This document shows positions 9,716 through 18,573 of a stretch of DNA of 64,000 nucleotides, piece by piece (within the stretch, counting starts at the first letter, position 1; every line of letters starts with the position of its first letter). The position numbers were made by a program, and so were the translations under genes. The notes below the pieces were generated by a model. It saw only the letters and a list, made by a program, of their open reading frames with translations, did no database searches and was not told the DNA's origin. The DNA lies in assembly GCA_024228115.1 (NCBI GenBank), contig JAAETT010000050.1, positions 16,750 to 80,749 of the forward strand, in the 5' to 3' direction. This DNA is from a bacterium (GTDB lineage: Bacteria > Myxococcota_A > UBA9160 > UBA6930).

Positions 9716-10321
9716 TCAGTCAGCCTCGTCCTCGGCCATCGGGTCGTAACCCTCGGGGACCGGATGTGCGATCTCGGCGACTGCCTTGTCGTAGTCGAAG
9801 CCGGTCGTGGTCCCGTCCGCGAGCGTGTACTTCCCCGGATCCCAGGCCGGGCTCTCGTCGTTGTGACAGGTCGTGCAGACCTCGGCGCTTTGGAGGACCA
9901 GGCCATTTTCCACCGCGAGATCACGATCGATCATGATCTTCTTCTTGCGGTATTTCGTTCCCGCCCCGTGGCAGGCCTCGCACTGCACCCCATCTTCGAT
10001 CTTGAACTTCATCCCGAGACGTTCTGCGGGAACACCGTACGCCGTGACGTGGCACTTCACGCAGGCCTCGTCGGTGGTCGGGTCGGCCACACCTGCTTCG
10101 GTGGCCCACTCCTTTGCTTGTTCCGAGGAGAGGGTCTGGAACGCCGTGGCGTGGGTCGTCTTTTCCCACGAGCCGATCTGGTTGCCGATCGGTTCCTTCT
10201 TGTGGCAGGACCGGCACTTCTTGACGCCACCGTATTTGTGCTCGCCCGCCGGGCCGCCCGCGAAGGCAGGCCCGGCGAGGAGGCACATCATGGCGACGGC
10301 GATCGTCATCATCCGAAGCAT
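9716..10321 (-). CDS. Soluble periplasmic tetrahaem cytochrome c (c554-like multihaem family)
   Basis: Signal peptide (MMCLLAGPAFAGG) and four CxxCH motifs (CRSCH, CVKCH, CEACH, CTTCH). Lies 24 nt downstream of nirS and 2 nt upstream of the next cytochrome gene. Confidence 0.85.
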   Translation of the reverse strand: MLRMMTIAVAMMCLLAGPAFAGGPAGEHKYGGVKKCRSCHKKEPIGNQIGSWEKTTHATAFQTLSSEQAKEWATEAGVADPTTDEACVKCHVTAYGVPAERLGMKFKIEDGVQCEACHGAGTKYRKKKIMIDRDLAVENGLVLQSAEVCTTCHNDESPAWDPGKYTLADGTTTGFDYDKAVAEIAHPVPEGYDPMAEDEAD

Positions 10322-10345
10322 GGTTTTCTCAGCTCTCCAATCGGC

Positions 10346-11974
10346 CTAGTAGATGTCGTGCACGGTGTTGTGCACGTTCCACTTGCCGGTCGGGGTGACG
10401 AGCCAATCGCCCGTGATCCGCTTCTTCTCCTTCAGGGTCTTGTCGTCATAGACGATGATCTCGCCCTTCTTGTCCCAGACGGAGGTCCAGACCTCGTTGC
10501 CTTCCTTGTTGTACTCGAAGTGAACGATCTTGCCGTGCTCCGTAGCCTTCCAGCAGTTGGGCCCGTCGTCGAAAGAGGCTTTCTTGAAGACGCAGATCTT
10601 CTGGTTGTCGCCCTCTTCCTTGGCGATGGTGCTGTCCACCCAGATGTTCTCGCTCTCCGGATGCGTCTTCAGGAACAGCCCCGGCCCCATCGTCTCCTGT
10701 TCGCGAACCACCTTCCATGCGTGGTCGGGATGGCCCGCAGGATCGGAGCCGAAGACCGTGATCTTGCCCTCGCCCAGGTGGGTGGTGGCACTCACGGGGC
10801 CAAATTCAGGATCGACCCAGTTTGCGCCGCGTCCCGGATGAGGCTTTACGCCCGTCTCGAATTTCGCGACGAACTTCTTTTCCTTCGTGTCGATGACGAC
10901 CATCTGGTCACGCATGTTGGCCGCGATCAGCAGGTAGCGCTTGGTCGCATCCCAGCCACCATCGTGGAGGAACCGCTCGGAAGCGATCTGGGTCATCTTG
11001 AGATTGTCCAGGTCGGAGTAGTCCACCAACCAGACCATTCCGGTTTCCTTGATCGCTACGACCCACTCCGAGTCCGCGTGGGACGCGACGATCGTCGCAA
11101 CCCGGGGCTCCGGGTGATACTCGTTCGTGTCATAGGTCGACGAGCGTGTGGAGATGACCTTCTTCGGCTCCAGCGTCTGTCCGTCGAGGACGACCATCTG
11201 CGGCGGCCAGTAGCAGCCCACGACCGCGAGAGAGTCCTCGAAGTCGCCCTTCGGGCCCTTGTACTTGGACACGTCGATCGAGCGGGCATCCAGGCACGTG
11301 CGCACGGAGGCGACGACCTTGGGCTTGTCCGAGTAGAGATCGATCAGGTTGACGACGCCGTCGCGGCCGATCGTGTAGAAGTATCGGCCTGTCGCCGAGG
11401 CACGGAAGATGTGCACGGCGAACCCGGTATCGAGTACTTCGACGAGTTCCTTCGTGTCTCCATCGATGATCGCGCCCTTGCCGGCATCGCGAAGGATGAA
11501 GCCGAAGTAGTTCTGGATGTCCCGGTCATGCTCCGGCTTCGTCGGCCGAGCCTCGACAGGAACGATGACCTTGTGGCTTTCCGCCATCGCCTTCAGGCCC
11601 ATCTCGGGCGGAATCGGAGCCGGAATCTGGACGAATTTCGCCATCAGCGCCGTCTCGGCCTTCGTCATTTCACCGGTTCGACCCCAGCCGGGCATGCCGG
11701 CCTCGGTCCCGTCGAAGATCACTTCCTCGAGCTCGGGGAGGGTCTTCTTCAACATCTTCTCGTCGCTGATGTTGGGGCCCGTCGCTCCCTTGCGGAGGGC
11801 GCCGTGACATCCCGAGCATCGGTCGAAATAGATGAATTCGGCCTTGTCGAAGTCCTCTTCGCTCAGCTTCGGTGCGGCTTCGGCGCTTACGACCTGTGCG
11901 GCCAATGGCACCCATGCCATCAGGACAAGGCAGCTCAACGCGTTCAACCACCAGTTGGAATGAATTCGGCTCAT
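10346..11974 (-). CDS. nirS: Cytochrome cd1 nitrite reductase NirS
   Basis: Signal peptide, N-terminal haem c domain (CSGCH), about 430-aa d1 beta-propeller with typical blocks (GRYFYTIGRDG, RVATIVASH, HPGRGANW, TPTGKWNV). GGGAGA SD lies before the ATG at 11974. Confidence 0.95.
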   Translation of the reverse strand: MSRIHSNWWLNALSCLVLMAWVPLAAQVVSAEAAPKLSEEDFDKAEFIYFDRCSGCHGALRKGATGPNISDEKMLKKTLPELEEVIFDGTEAGMPGWGRTGEMTKAETALMAKFVQIPAPIPPEMGLKAMAESHKVIVPVEARPTKPEHDRDIQNYFGFILRDAGKGAIIDGDTKELVEVLDTGFAVHIFRASATGRYFYTIGRDGVVNLIDLYSDKPKVVASVRTCLDARSIDVSKYKGPKGDFEDSLAVVGCYWPPQMVVLDGQTLEPKKVISTRSSTYDTNEYHPEPRVATIVASHADSEWVVAIKETGMVWLVDYSDLDNLKMTQIASERFLHDGGWDATKRYLLIAANMRDQMVVIDTKEKKFVAKFETGVKPHPGRGANWVDPEFGPVSATTHLGEGKITVFGSDPAGHPDHAWKVVREQETMGPGLFLKTHPESENIWVDSTIAKEEGDNQKICVFKKASFDDGPNCWKATEHGKIVHFEYNKEGNEVWTSVWDKKGEIIVYDDKTLKEKKRITGDWLVTPTGKWNVHNTVHDIY

Positions 11975-12231
11975 GATCTGGGTCTCCCTGGTTCGATGGG
12001 CTGGATCGGTGCAACTCCTATGCCCGCATGCTCCTCCGCTCGCTGGTCGGGAGGGCCAATCCAGAAAGCCCAGCTTTGATGGGCATTCAGGCCATCAAGG
12101 AGATGGAAATGGGCCCCGGGGAGGGCCCGGCCAGTTGCCTCCGGGCGAGGAAGAACGACCCGGAATAACCGGTAGTGGGTCGAAATGCAGCAGTCAGCCA
12201 CTTCGCGCGGCCGATCGAGGCCAGCTCGGGC

Positions 12232-12246
12232 TGGCATTGCGTTTGC
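12232..12246 (+). promoter_or_regulatory. Candidate sigma54 -24/-12 element (TGGCAT-N5-TTGC) upstream of the DksA/TraR-type gene
   Basis: TGGCATtgcgtTTGC has consensus GG-to-GC spacing and lies about 60 nt upstream of the ATG at 12306. No cognate activator site was identified. Confidence 0.35.
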
Positions 12247-12305
12247 GTCTGGACCCAGGTGGGCCTTCGAAGTGGGCTCCGCTTTCAGTGGGGGTTTTGG
12301 GCACC

Positions 12306-12623
12306 ATGGTTTCAGTCGAAGCACATCAGAAGAGGCTCGAGGAGCGACGCCGGAAGATCGGTCGCCGGGTCGGGCGGATCACCGATGATCTGCGCCGCAC
12401 CCCGGATCCGGATTCAGAGGAACGGGCCACGGAGGCGGAGAACGACGAAGTCCTGGAGGGCCTCGACGCCGCGGGCCGGCAGGAGTTCGATGCCATCGAA
12501 GCGGCACTCTTGCGAATCGCTGCCGGTACCTTTGGCACCTGCGCCCAATGCGGCGGTGCGATCGACGAGCGCCGTCTCGAAGTGATTCCGCACACGCCAA
12601 CCTGCGTCGATTGCGCCAGCTGA
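12306..12623 (+). CDS. DksA/TraR-family C4 zinc-finger protein
   Basis: 105 aa, coiled-coil-like N-terminal part, CAQCG-x17-CVDC zinc ribbon at the C-terminus. Confidence 0.75.
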   Translation: MVSVEAHQKRLEERRRKIGRRVGRITDDLRRTPDPDSEERATEAENDEVLEGLDAAGRQEFDAIEAALLRIAAGTFGTCAQCGGAIDERRLEVIPHTPTCVDCAS

Positions 12624-12677
12624 CATCATTTTTCAGGCCCCGACATGTTCGACCGGAATCTTGATTCCCGTGCCGGT

Positions 12678-13865
12678 CTAGCCTTCGATCCCGTCGACGC
12701 GGTACCCGCCCGCGAGGTCGATTTCGAAACCGTGTTGGCGCAGTAGATCTTTGGCGATGGTGAGTTGTTGGATTTCACTCGTTCCGCCACCGACCGTCCA
12801 GAGCTTGATATCGCGGAACAACCGCTCCGGAGCATGCTCTCGGAGATAACCCGCGCCGCCCATGATCTGCATCGCGTCGAGCGCGGCACTGGCGGCCTTT
12901 TCGGTCGCATACCATTTGGCGGCACTGACTTTCCGCTCCGTCAGGTCTCCGTCCTTTTGTGCACGGATCAACTCGAACATCGAATTGCGAACGTTCTCGA
13001 GGGAAACGTACATACGGCCGAGTTTCTGTTGTGTGAGCTGAAACGCCGCGATGGGTTTTCCGAACTGAACCCGCTGGGTCGCATGCCTGACCGCTTCTTC
13101 GAGGCTGCGCTCGATCACACCCAGACACATCGCGACGATGACCGCGCGCTCGCCGCTCAATGTCTGTTCCGCAGTGGCGCGGGCGGGGCGATCCGGATCT
13201 CCCAGGAGATTCTCGCGGGGTACGCGCACGTCGTCGAGGAAGATGTCGCCCGTGGGAGAAGCATGCATGCCGAATTTCTGCAGCGGCGGCCCGGTCGTCA
13301 GGCCGTCCGTTCCGCGTTCTACGACAACGGGATAGATGCGTCGTTTGTCGCGCGAATCGCCTCCCTCGAGGCGTGCATAGATGAGCAGCACCTCGGCTTC
13401 CGGAGCGTTGGAGGAGAAAGCCTTGCTGCCATTCAGCACGACCTCGTCGCCCTCGATGCGCGCAGTCGTTTTCAGGGCAAAGGCGTCGGAGCCACTCTCA
13501 GGCTCGGTCAGCGCCCAACAACCCGCTTTCTTCAGCGAGAGCACGGGCATGCCGCAGCGCTGGATCAGTTCGGCGGAGCCTCGGGTGAGGATCGTCGCTC
13601 CGCAGCCGAAATTCGAAACGACGGAGAGCGCAAGACCCGGGCTCACGCGGGCGAGTTCCTTGGAGATGATGGCCGGGACAGCCGGGTCGGCGATGGCACC
13701 GGAGGTGATCAACCCCTCGATGTCGAGGGCATCGGACATTTCGCCCATGATTTCGAATGGCGAGAGGCTGCCGGCTTCGAGTTCGGGGATGCGTGGCTCG
13801 ATTTCGCGATTGCAGAAATCGCGGATCACGGACTCCATGACTTGTTGGGTTTCGTCGAATTCCAC
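12678..13865 (-). CDS. Acyl-CoA dehydrogenase family protein
   Basis: ACAD N-terminus (VEFDETQQVMESVIRDFCNREIEP) and C-terminal ...GGTSEIQ motif. GTG start at 13865 is preferred over the ORF-track start at 13913. Confidence 0.85.
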   Translation of the reverse strand: MEFDETQQVMESVIRDFCNREIEPRIPELEAGSLSPFEIMGEMSDALDIEGLITSGAIADPAVPAIISKELARVSPGLALSVVSNFGCGATILTRGSAELIQRCGMPVLSLKKAGCWALTEPESGSDAFALKTTARIEGDEVVLNGSKAFSSNAPEAEVLLIYARLEGGDSRDKRRIYPVVVERGTDGLTTGPPLQKFGMHASPTGDIFLDDVRVPRENLLGDPDRPARATAEQTLSGERAVIVAMCLGVIERSLEEAVRHATQRVQFGKPIAAFQLTQQKLGRMYVSLENVRNSMFELIRAQKDGDLTERKVSAAKWYATEKAASAALDAMQIMGGAGYLREHAPERLFRDIKLWTVGGGTSEIQQLTIAKDLLRQHGFEIDLAGGYRVDGIEG

Positions 13866-13965
13866 AATTCCCCCTGGGCGTTCCTGCGCAGAGCGCAATC
13901 GGGAAGAGCGCAATCATACTCATCTCCGCCGACTGGCGGGTTTCTCCAGCCGAACGGATCTGGCC

Positions 13966-14997
13966 CTAGGTGTGAAAGGTCTCGGCGATTGCGGTTGCGT
14001 AGAAGAACGCCTTCTCCGGGCCGAGGCCGTACGCCGGGGGGACGATGCAGATCGAATCGGCCAGGCCATCGAGCTTGCCGATCCGCTCGCGCACCTTTTC
14101 GGGCTCTCCGACGCTGACGAAGGCGCGCACCATTTCGTCGGGAACCAGGTGCGCGACGCTCATGTAGTCGCCTCGTTGGACACCCTCCTGGAGCTTGCGC
14201 GCGACATCGAGGAAGCCGTGTGCCTCGAAGAAGGATTCGTATTGCTTCACGCCGCCGTAGAACGCGATCGTCGGCCGTGAATCCTCGATGGCCTCGGCCT
14301 CGTTGGGATTGGGCGCCGCCCAGGGCCAGATATTGACCTCGATGTCGCTGCGGCCCCGGCCGGCGGCTTCGAGAGCCCGGTCGAGTTCCGGAGCCATCGA
14401 TTCCTTTGCCCACTCGATCGACCACATCGGGTGGCCGATCAGGCCGTCCGCGACCTGTGCCGCCATCCGGACCATCGGGGCTCGTAGGGCGGCGACCCAG
14501 ATTGGAATCTCCTCGCGCAGCGGCGCTGCCGTCGGCTGGAGTTCCTTGAAATCCGCCTGGTAGTACTCGCCTTCGAAGGGCTCGAGCCCCTTGTGAGCAC
14601 CGCTCACGATGTGGCGAATGGCTTCTACCGTTTCCCTCAGGTGCGTGACGGGCTTGTGCACGGGTGCGCCAAAGACTCCGTGGGACCATGCTTGCACACT
14701 CGCGCCGACGCCCAATGTGAAACGTCCACCGGAGATCCGATCCATGTCGATGGCGGCCATGGCCGTCTCGAAGGGGCTTCGGGCAGCCGCGATGGCGATG
14801 CCACTGGCCAATTGCAAGCGCTCCGTCACACCGGCCGCGACAGCCAGGGGTAGGAAGGGTGGGCCCATGACCTGCGGCGCGAAGCAACCATGGATTCCCC
14901 TGGCTTCGGCCTGGCGGGCCATTTCGACGAGAATCGGGGCGGGGAGCGGCTGCAGCACACTCCAGTGTCGCGGGCTCGAGGGTTCGCTGTTCGTCAT
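13966..14997 (-). CDS. Luciferase-like (LLM class) flavin/F420-dependent oxidoreductase
   Basis: 343-aa TIM-barrel LLM-type sequence (GRFTLGVGAS..., IWVAALRAPM...). Confidence 0.75.
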   Translation of the reverse strand: MTNSEPSSPRHWSVLQPLPAPILVEMARQAEARGIHGCFAPQVMGPPFLPLAVAAGVTERLQLASGIAIAAARSPFETAMAAIDMDRISGGRFTLGVGASVQAWSHGVFGAPVHKPVTHLRETVEAIRHIVSGAHKGLEPFEGEYYQADFKELQPTAAPLREEIPIWVAALRAPMVRMAAQVADGLIGHPMWSIEWAKESMAPELDRALEAAGRGRSDIEVNIWPWAAPNPNEAEAIEDSRPTIAFYGGVKQYESFFEAHGFLDVARKLQEGVQRGDYMSVAHLVPDEMVRAFVSVGEPEKVRERIGKLDGLADSICIVPPAYGLGPEKAFFYATAIAETFHT

Positions 14998-15027
14998 CGA
15001 TTGCCTCCCGGCGTTGTCATGCAGGCT

Positions 15028-15672
15028 TCAGTTCTTCCGACTCATCCGTTCGATCCCACCGAGGAAGAGCTCGGTGGCAAATGTGGTTGCCTTCTCCACG
15101 TCGGCCTTCGTGCGTACGCAATGGATCGCCAGCTCACTCGCTACACCGATGGCGGCCAGGGCGACGAGATCGAAATCCATCGCGGGCACGACGCCCTCCT
15201 TCGCCTTGGAGCGAAGATCCTTCGTGAGATCGGCGATCGCCGGCTCCAATGCCTTGTGAGACATCAGTTCTTCGATCTCTCCGGCGTTGCGTGTCAGCAG
15301 CGCCAGGACCATTTCGTCCTCGACGAAGATTTCGAAGCAGATCCTGAACGCGGATCGCAGCAGGTCTTCCAGCGTTTCTGCGGCTTCGCGGGCTTCGTGG
15401 ACGCGTCTTCGGAGTTCGATCTGGAAATCGCCGATGAGCTCGTGGAGCAGGGCTTCCTTGTCGGGGAAGTAGTTGTAGAAGGTGCCGCTGGCCAGGTCGG
15501 TACGGCGAGTGATGTCACGCACGGTCGTGGCACCGAATCCCAGTTCGCAGAAGGCATCGTGGGCAGCCCGGAGGATTTCCGCCCGATTGCGCGCGGCATT
15601 GCGTGCACGCTTGCCGATCTCGACCTCGCCGTCTTCCTCGTGGCGGCGCGACGGCGTACTCCGTCCGCTCAA
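15028..15672 (-). CDS. TetR/AcrR family transcriptional regulator
   Basis: N-terminal HTH (RNRAEILRAAHDAFCELGFGATTVRDITRRTDLASGTFYNYF). The start overlaps the upstream ligase stop. Confidence 0.85.
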   Translation of the reverse strand: MSGRSTPSRRHEEDGEVEIGKRARNAARNRAEILRAAHDAFCELGFGATTVRDITRRTDLASGTFYNYFPDKEALLHELIGDFQIELRRRVHEAREAAETLEDLLRSAFRICFEIFVEDEMVLALLTRNAGEIEELMSHKALEPAIADLTKDLRSKAKEGVVPAMDFDLVALAAIGVASELAIHCVRTKADVEKATTFATELFLGGIERMSRKN

Positions 15673-17288
15673 GATCGCTCGACGAAGACGTTATCCGCAT
15701 CCTTGGAGAAAGCGGCCAGGAGAAAGCGCTCCTGGGGTTTCTCGGAGGCCGTCTTGGGAATTTCGTCGACGACCTGGAGGTAGGAAGGTACGAAGTTCGA
15801 TTCCAGGGCAGTGCGACATGCTTCGAAGACGGCCGCGGGAGAAAAGCCGGCGGCATCCGTCGGTACGATGGCCGCGACGACGTCCTTCTCTCCCGGAGCG
15901 CCAGAGGCAGCCTCGACCCCATAGATGAAGACGTCCGTGACTGAGGGCACCTCCGCGATCGCCTTCTCGACGAAACTGATGTTGACGAAATCGCCGTTAT
16001 GGCGGATTCCTCCGCCCTTTCGGTAGTCGAAGTAGAACCAGCCCTCGGCATCGGTATGGCCGATGTCGCCGCTACGAAGCCAGCCGCCGCGGGTCTTCTT
16101 CTCCGAAGCCGACGGATTCTCGTGGTACTCGACGCTCGCGCCGCTGCCATCCATCGGCCGCGAGCAGATCTCACCCTGAACGCCGGCCGGGCATTCCTGG
16201 TCGTTTTCGTCGAGGACCTTCATCTCGAGCCCCGGGGCCGGCTTCCCGAAGGAACCCATCGGGCCCGTGCCGCCCGGGTTGAAGGCGAGCCCGCCCTCGA
16301 TGGCGCCGTACCATTCGAAGATCTCTACCTGGAAGCGTTCCGCGAACGATTCCCAGATGGCTGCCGGCATTCCGGCGCTCATCACGCGGCGAACCGGATT
16401 GTCGCCGTCGTTCGGCTTTCGCGGTTCCGAGTAGATGGCCGTGGCCATGCCGCCGAGCAGCGAAAAGCTGGTGCAGCCTCGCGTGCGACACACGTCCCAG
16501 AGCTTCGACTTCGTGAACTTCCGGCTGAAGACGCCGCGAAGACTCATCGCCAGCGACGGACCGAGCGTCACGGCCTGGGCATTCCCGTGGGTGAGCGAGA
16601 GGCCCGTGTAGGGGCGCTCGTCCGGCTGGTAGCCCGCGATCAATCCGACGCCGGCATAGGAGCCAAAGCGGGCATTGGGGAAGACGACGCCCTTCGGGTC
16701 GCCGGTCGTTCCAGAGGTGTAGATGATCTGCAGGGGATCGTTCGGACCCTCGAGGCGGACATCCACCGTCGATGCCGGCTTGGAAAGCACTTCGGCGAGT
16801 GAGTCGACACCTCGGGCTTCCGAGAGCGGAAGGAGGTCCTTCCCTTCCCCGGATTCGAGGGCCAGGACCCATGCGATGTCCGCATTGTCCTTCTGCGCCG
16901 AGACGATCTCGCGCAGGGCGTAGTCACCGCATACCGCACCGTGGCAGCCGGCGTTGCGCAACATGTACGCCAGCTTCTCGCCCTTCGTCCGAGGGTCGAT
17001 CGGCACGAAGACACAGCCGGTGATGGAGGCGGCGATCATCGCCTCCACGAACTCCGGGTGGTTGCGCATCATCAGGGCGAAACGATCGCCGCGCTCCATG
17101 CCACGCTCGATCAGTGCTGCCGCAAGCCGGTTGCCGTTCGTCGTCAGCTCCGAGTAGGTGCGAACCTCGTCCGGCGTCGCGTCACCGTCGAGGCTCAGGT
17201 GCTCGAAGGTGAGGACGTCGAGGTCGGGCTTCTGTTCGGCGCGGATCTGCACCAGATCCGCCAGGATCATTTCACTGCGTTCGCGCAT
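15669..17288 (-). CDS. AMP-dependent acyl-CoA synthetase/ligase
   Basis: AMP-binding motif IIYTSGTTGDPKGV and a C-terminal ...SGDIG... block; 539 aa. Confidence 0.9.
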   Translation of the reverse strand: MRERSEMILADLVQIRAEQKPDLDVLTFEHLSLDGDATPDEVRTYSELTTNGNRLAAALIERGMERGDRFALMMRNHPEFVEAMIAASITGCVFVPIDPRTKGEKLAYMLRNAGCHGAVCGDYALREIVSAQKDNADIAWVLALESGEGKDLLPLSEARGVDSLAEVLSKPASTVDVRLEGPNDPLQIIYTSGTTGDPKGVVFPNARFGSYAGVGLIAGYQPDERPYTGLSLTHGNAQAVTLGPSLAMSLRGVFSRKFTKSKLWDVCRTRGCTSFSLLGGMATAIYSEPRKPNDGDNPVRRVMSAGMPAAIWESFAERFQVEIFEWYGAIEGGLAFNPGGTGPMGSFGKPAPGLEMKVLDENDQECPAGVQGEICSRPMDGSGASVEYHENPSASEKKTRGGWLRSGDIGHTDAEGWFYFDYRKGGGIRHNGDFVNISFVEKAIAEVPSVTDVFIYGVEAASGAPGEKDVVAAIVPTDAAGFSPAAVFEACRTALESNFVPSYLQVVDEIPKTASEKPQERFLLAAFSKDADNVFVERS

Positions 17289-17298
17289 GCTTCCCTCT

Positions 17299-18531
17299 TC
17301 AGGACTGGAGAATCGTCACGACCATCGCGGCAACATCAGGGCCGATGTTGCCTCCGCCATTCTGGGCCAGCCCGACGCGGGCTCCCTCGACCTGGCGGTC
17401 TCCGGAGCGTCCCTGCAACTGCTCGGCCAGCTCGACGATCTGGGCGATGCCCGTAGCACCCACGGGATGGCCCTTGCGAAGCAAGCCGCCCGAGGTGTTG
17501 ACCGGCAGGCGCCCGCCGAGGCGCGTTGTGCCGTCGCTGACCAGCTTGCCGCCCTCACCCTTCGGGCAGAGCCCCAGGTACTCGTAGGCCATGACCTCGG
17601 CCGGGGCCGAGGCGTCGTGCAATTCAACGACGCTCAGGTCTTCCGGGCCCACGCCGGCCTCTTCGTAGGCCGTTCGCGAGCAGACCTCGCCCGCACCGTC
17701 CTCGCCGTACTCGTGATCCCAACCGGAACGCAGCACGCTCGAGGTGATCTTCACGGGTTTCTGGATGCCGAGCTCGCGCGCCTTGGCTTCGCTGACGAGC
17801 ACGACCGCAGCCGCGCCGTCGCCGATCGGCGAGCACATGGGGCGCGTCAGAGGCTCGGCAATCATCGGAGAGGCCAGCACGTCTTCGATGGACAGAGCCT
17901 CCCGAAACTGCGCCCGCGGGTTCATGCTTCCGTGGAAGGAGTTCTTCGCCGAGACGCCGGCGAATTGCTCGACGGTGGTTCCATAGTTGGCCATGTGTCC
18001 GCGTGCGGCGGCGGCGTAGATGTCCATGAACATCGAGCGCTTTTCGCCCGCGCCGGAAGCGCCGCTCTTGGCACCGCTCTCCTTCGCACTCTCCTGCAGG
18101 CGCTTCATGATCCCTTGCATGGCCTCGACATCCACCGCGCCGCTGAACGCCGCAAAGGACTTCCGCTTGTCCGCGTGGTAGAGCTTCTCGACGCCCAGCG
18201 CGAGAACGACGTCGTAGAGACCGGCGGACACCATCGCGGCTGCTTCGTGAAGTGCCGTCGAGGAGCTTGCGCAGGCATTCTCCACGTTCACGACCGGCAG
18301 CTTGCCGAGGCCGATCGAGCGAAGGATGACCTGGCCGCGGATACATTCCTGACCCGTAACGAGGCCGGCGGCCGCGTTGCCGACATAGGCCGCTTGCAGA
18401 TCGTCCAGGCCGAGGCCGGAATCGGCGATGGCCAGCTGGACCGCGTCGGCACCCAGGGCCTTGAGACCCGTTTCCATATGCTTTCCGAAGGGCGTCATCC
18501 CGACACCCGCGATGACCGCGTTCAGTTTCAT
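17299..18531 (-). CDS. Thiolase (SCP-x/lipid-transfer-type acetyl-CoA acyltransferase)
   Basis: Thiolase fold blocks (VENACASSSTAL, ...NTSGGLL..GHPVGATG). Confidence 0.9.
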   Translation of the reverse strand: MKLNAVIAGVGMTPFGKHMETGLKALGADAVQLAIADSGLGLDDLQAAYVGNAAAGLVTGQECIRGQVILRSIGLGKLPVVNVENACASSSTALHEAAAMVSAGLYDVVLALGVEKLYHADKRKSFAAFSGAVDVEAMQGIMKRLQESAKESGAKSGASGAGEKRSMFMDIYAAAARGHMANYGTTVEQFAGVSAKNSFHGSMNPRAQFREALSIEDVLASPMIAEPLTRPMCSPIGDGAAAVVLVSEAKARELGIQKPVKITSSVLRSGWDHEYGEDGAGEVCSRTAYEEAGVGPEDLSVVELHDASAPAEVMAYEYLGLCPKGEGGKLVSDGTTRLGGRLPVNTSGGLLRKGHPVGATGIAQIVELAEQLQGRSGDRQVEGARVGLAQNGGGNIGPDVAAMVVTILQS

Positions 18532-18573
18532 CCGTTCACTCCTATGTTCTCGCCCCGGATCCGATGAGCCGGC

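Noticed and set aside
12011-12025. Weak sigma54-like element (minus strand GGGCATaggagTTGCa) 37-50 nt upstream of nirS
   Set aside because: The spacing is correct, but the -24 box deviates at two positions and the element is very close to the start codon. GG-N10-GC matches are frequent by chance in GC-rich DNA. It is kept only as a note within the nirS upstream finding.
9713-12079. 788-aa ORF on the + strand, antisense to the tetrahaem cytochrome and nirS
   Set aside because: It has the same shadow-ORF character. nirS and the cytochrome genes on the minus strand have haem motifs, signal peptides and SD sequences.
12076-12098. Reading the TTGAT...ATCAA pair upstream of nirS as a canonical FNR/DNR box
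   Set aside because: The half-sites are 13 nt apart instead of 4, so it is not a standard FNR-family site. It is retained only as an unexplained 7-9-7 palindrome.
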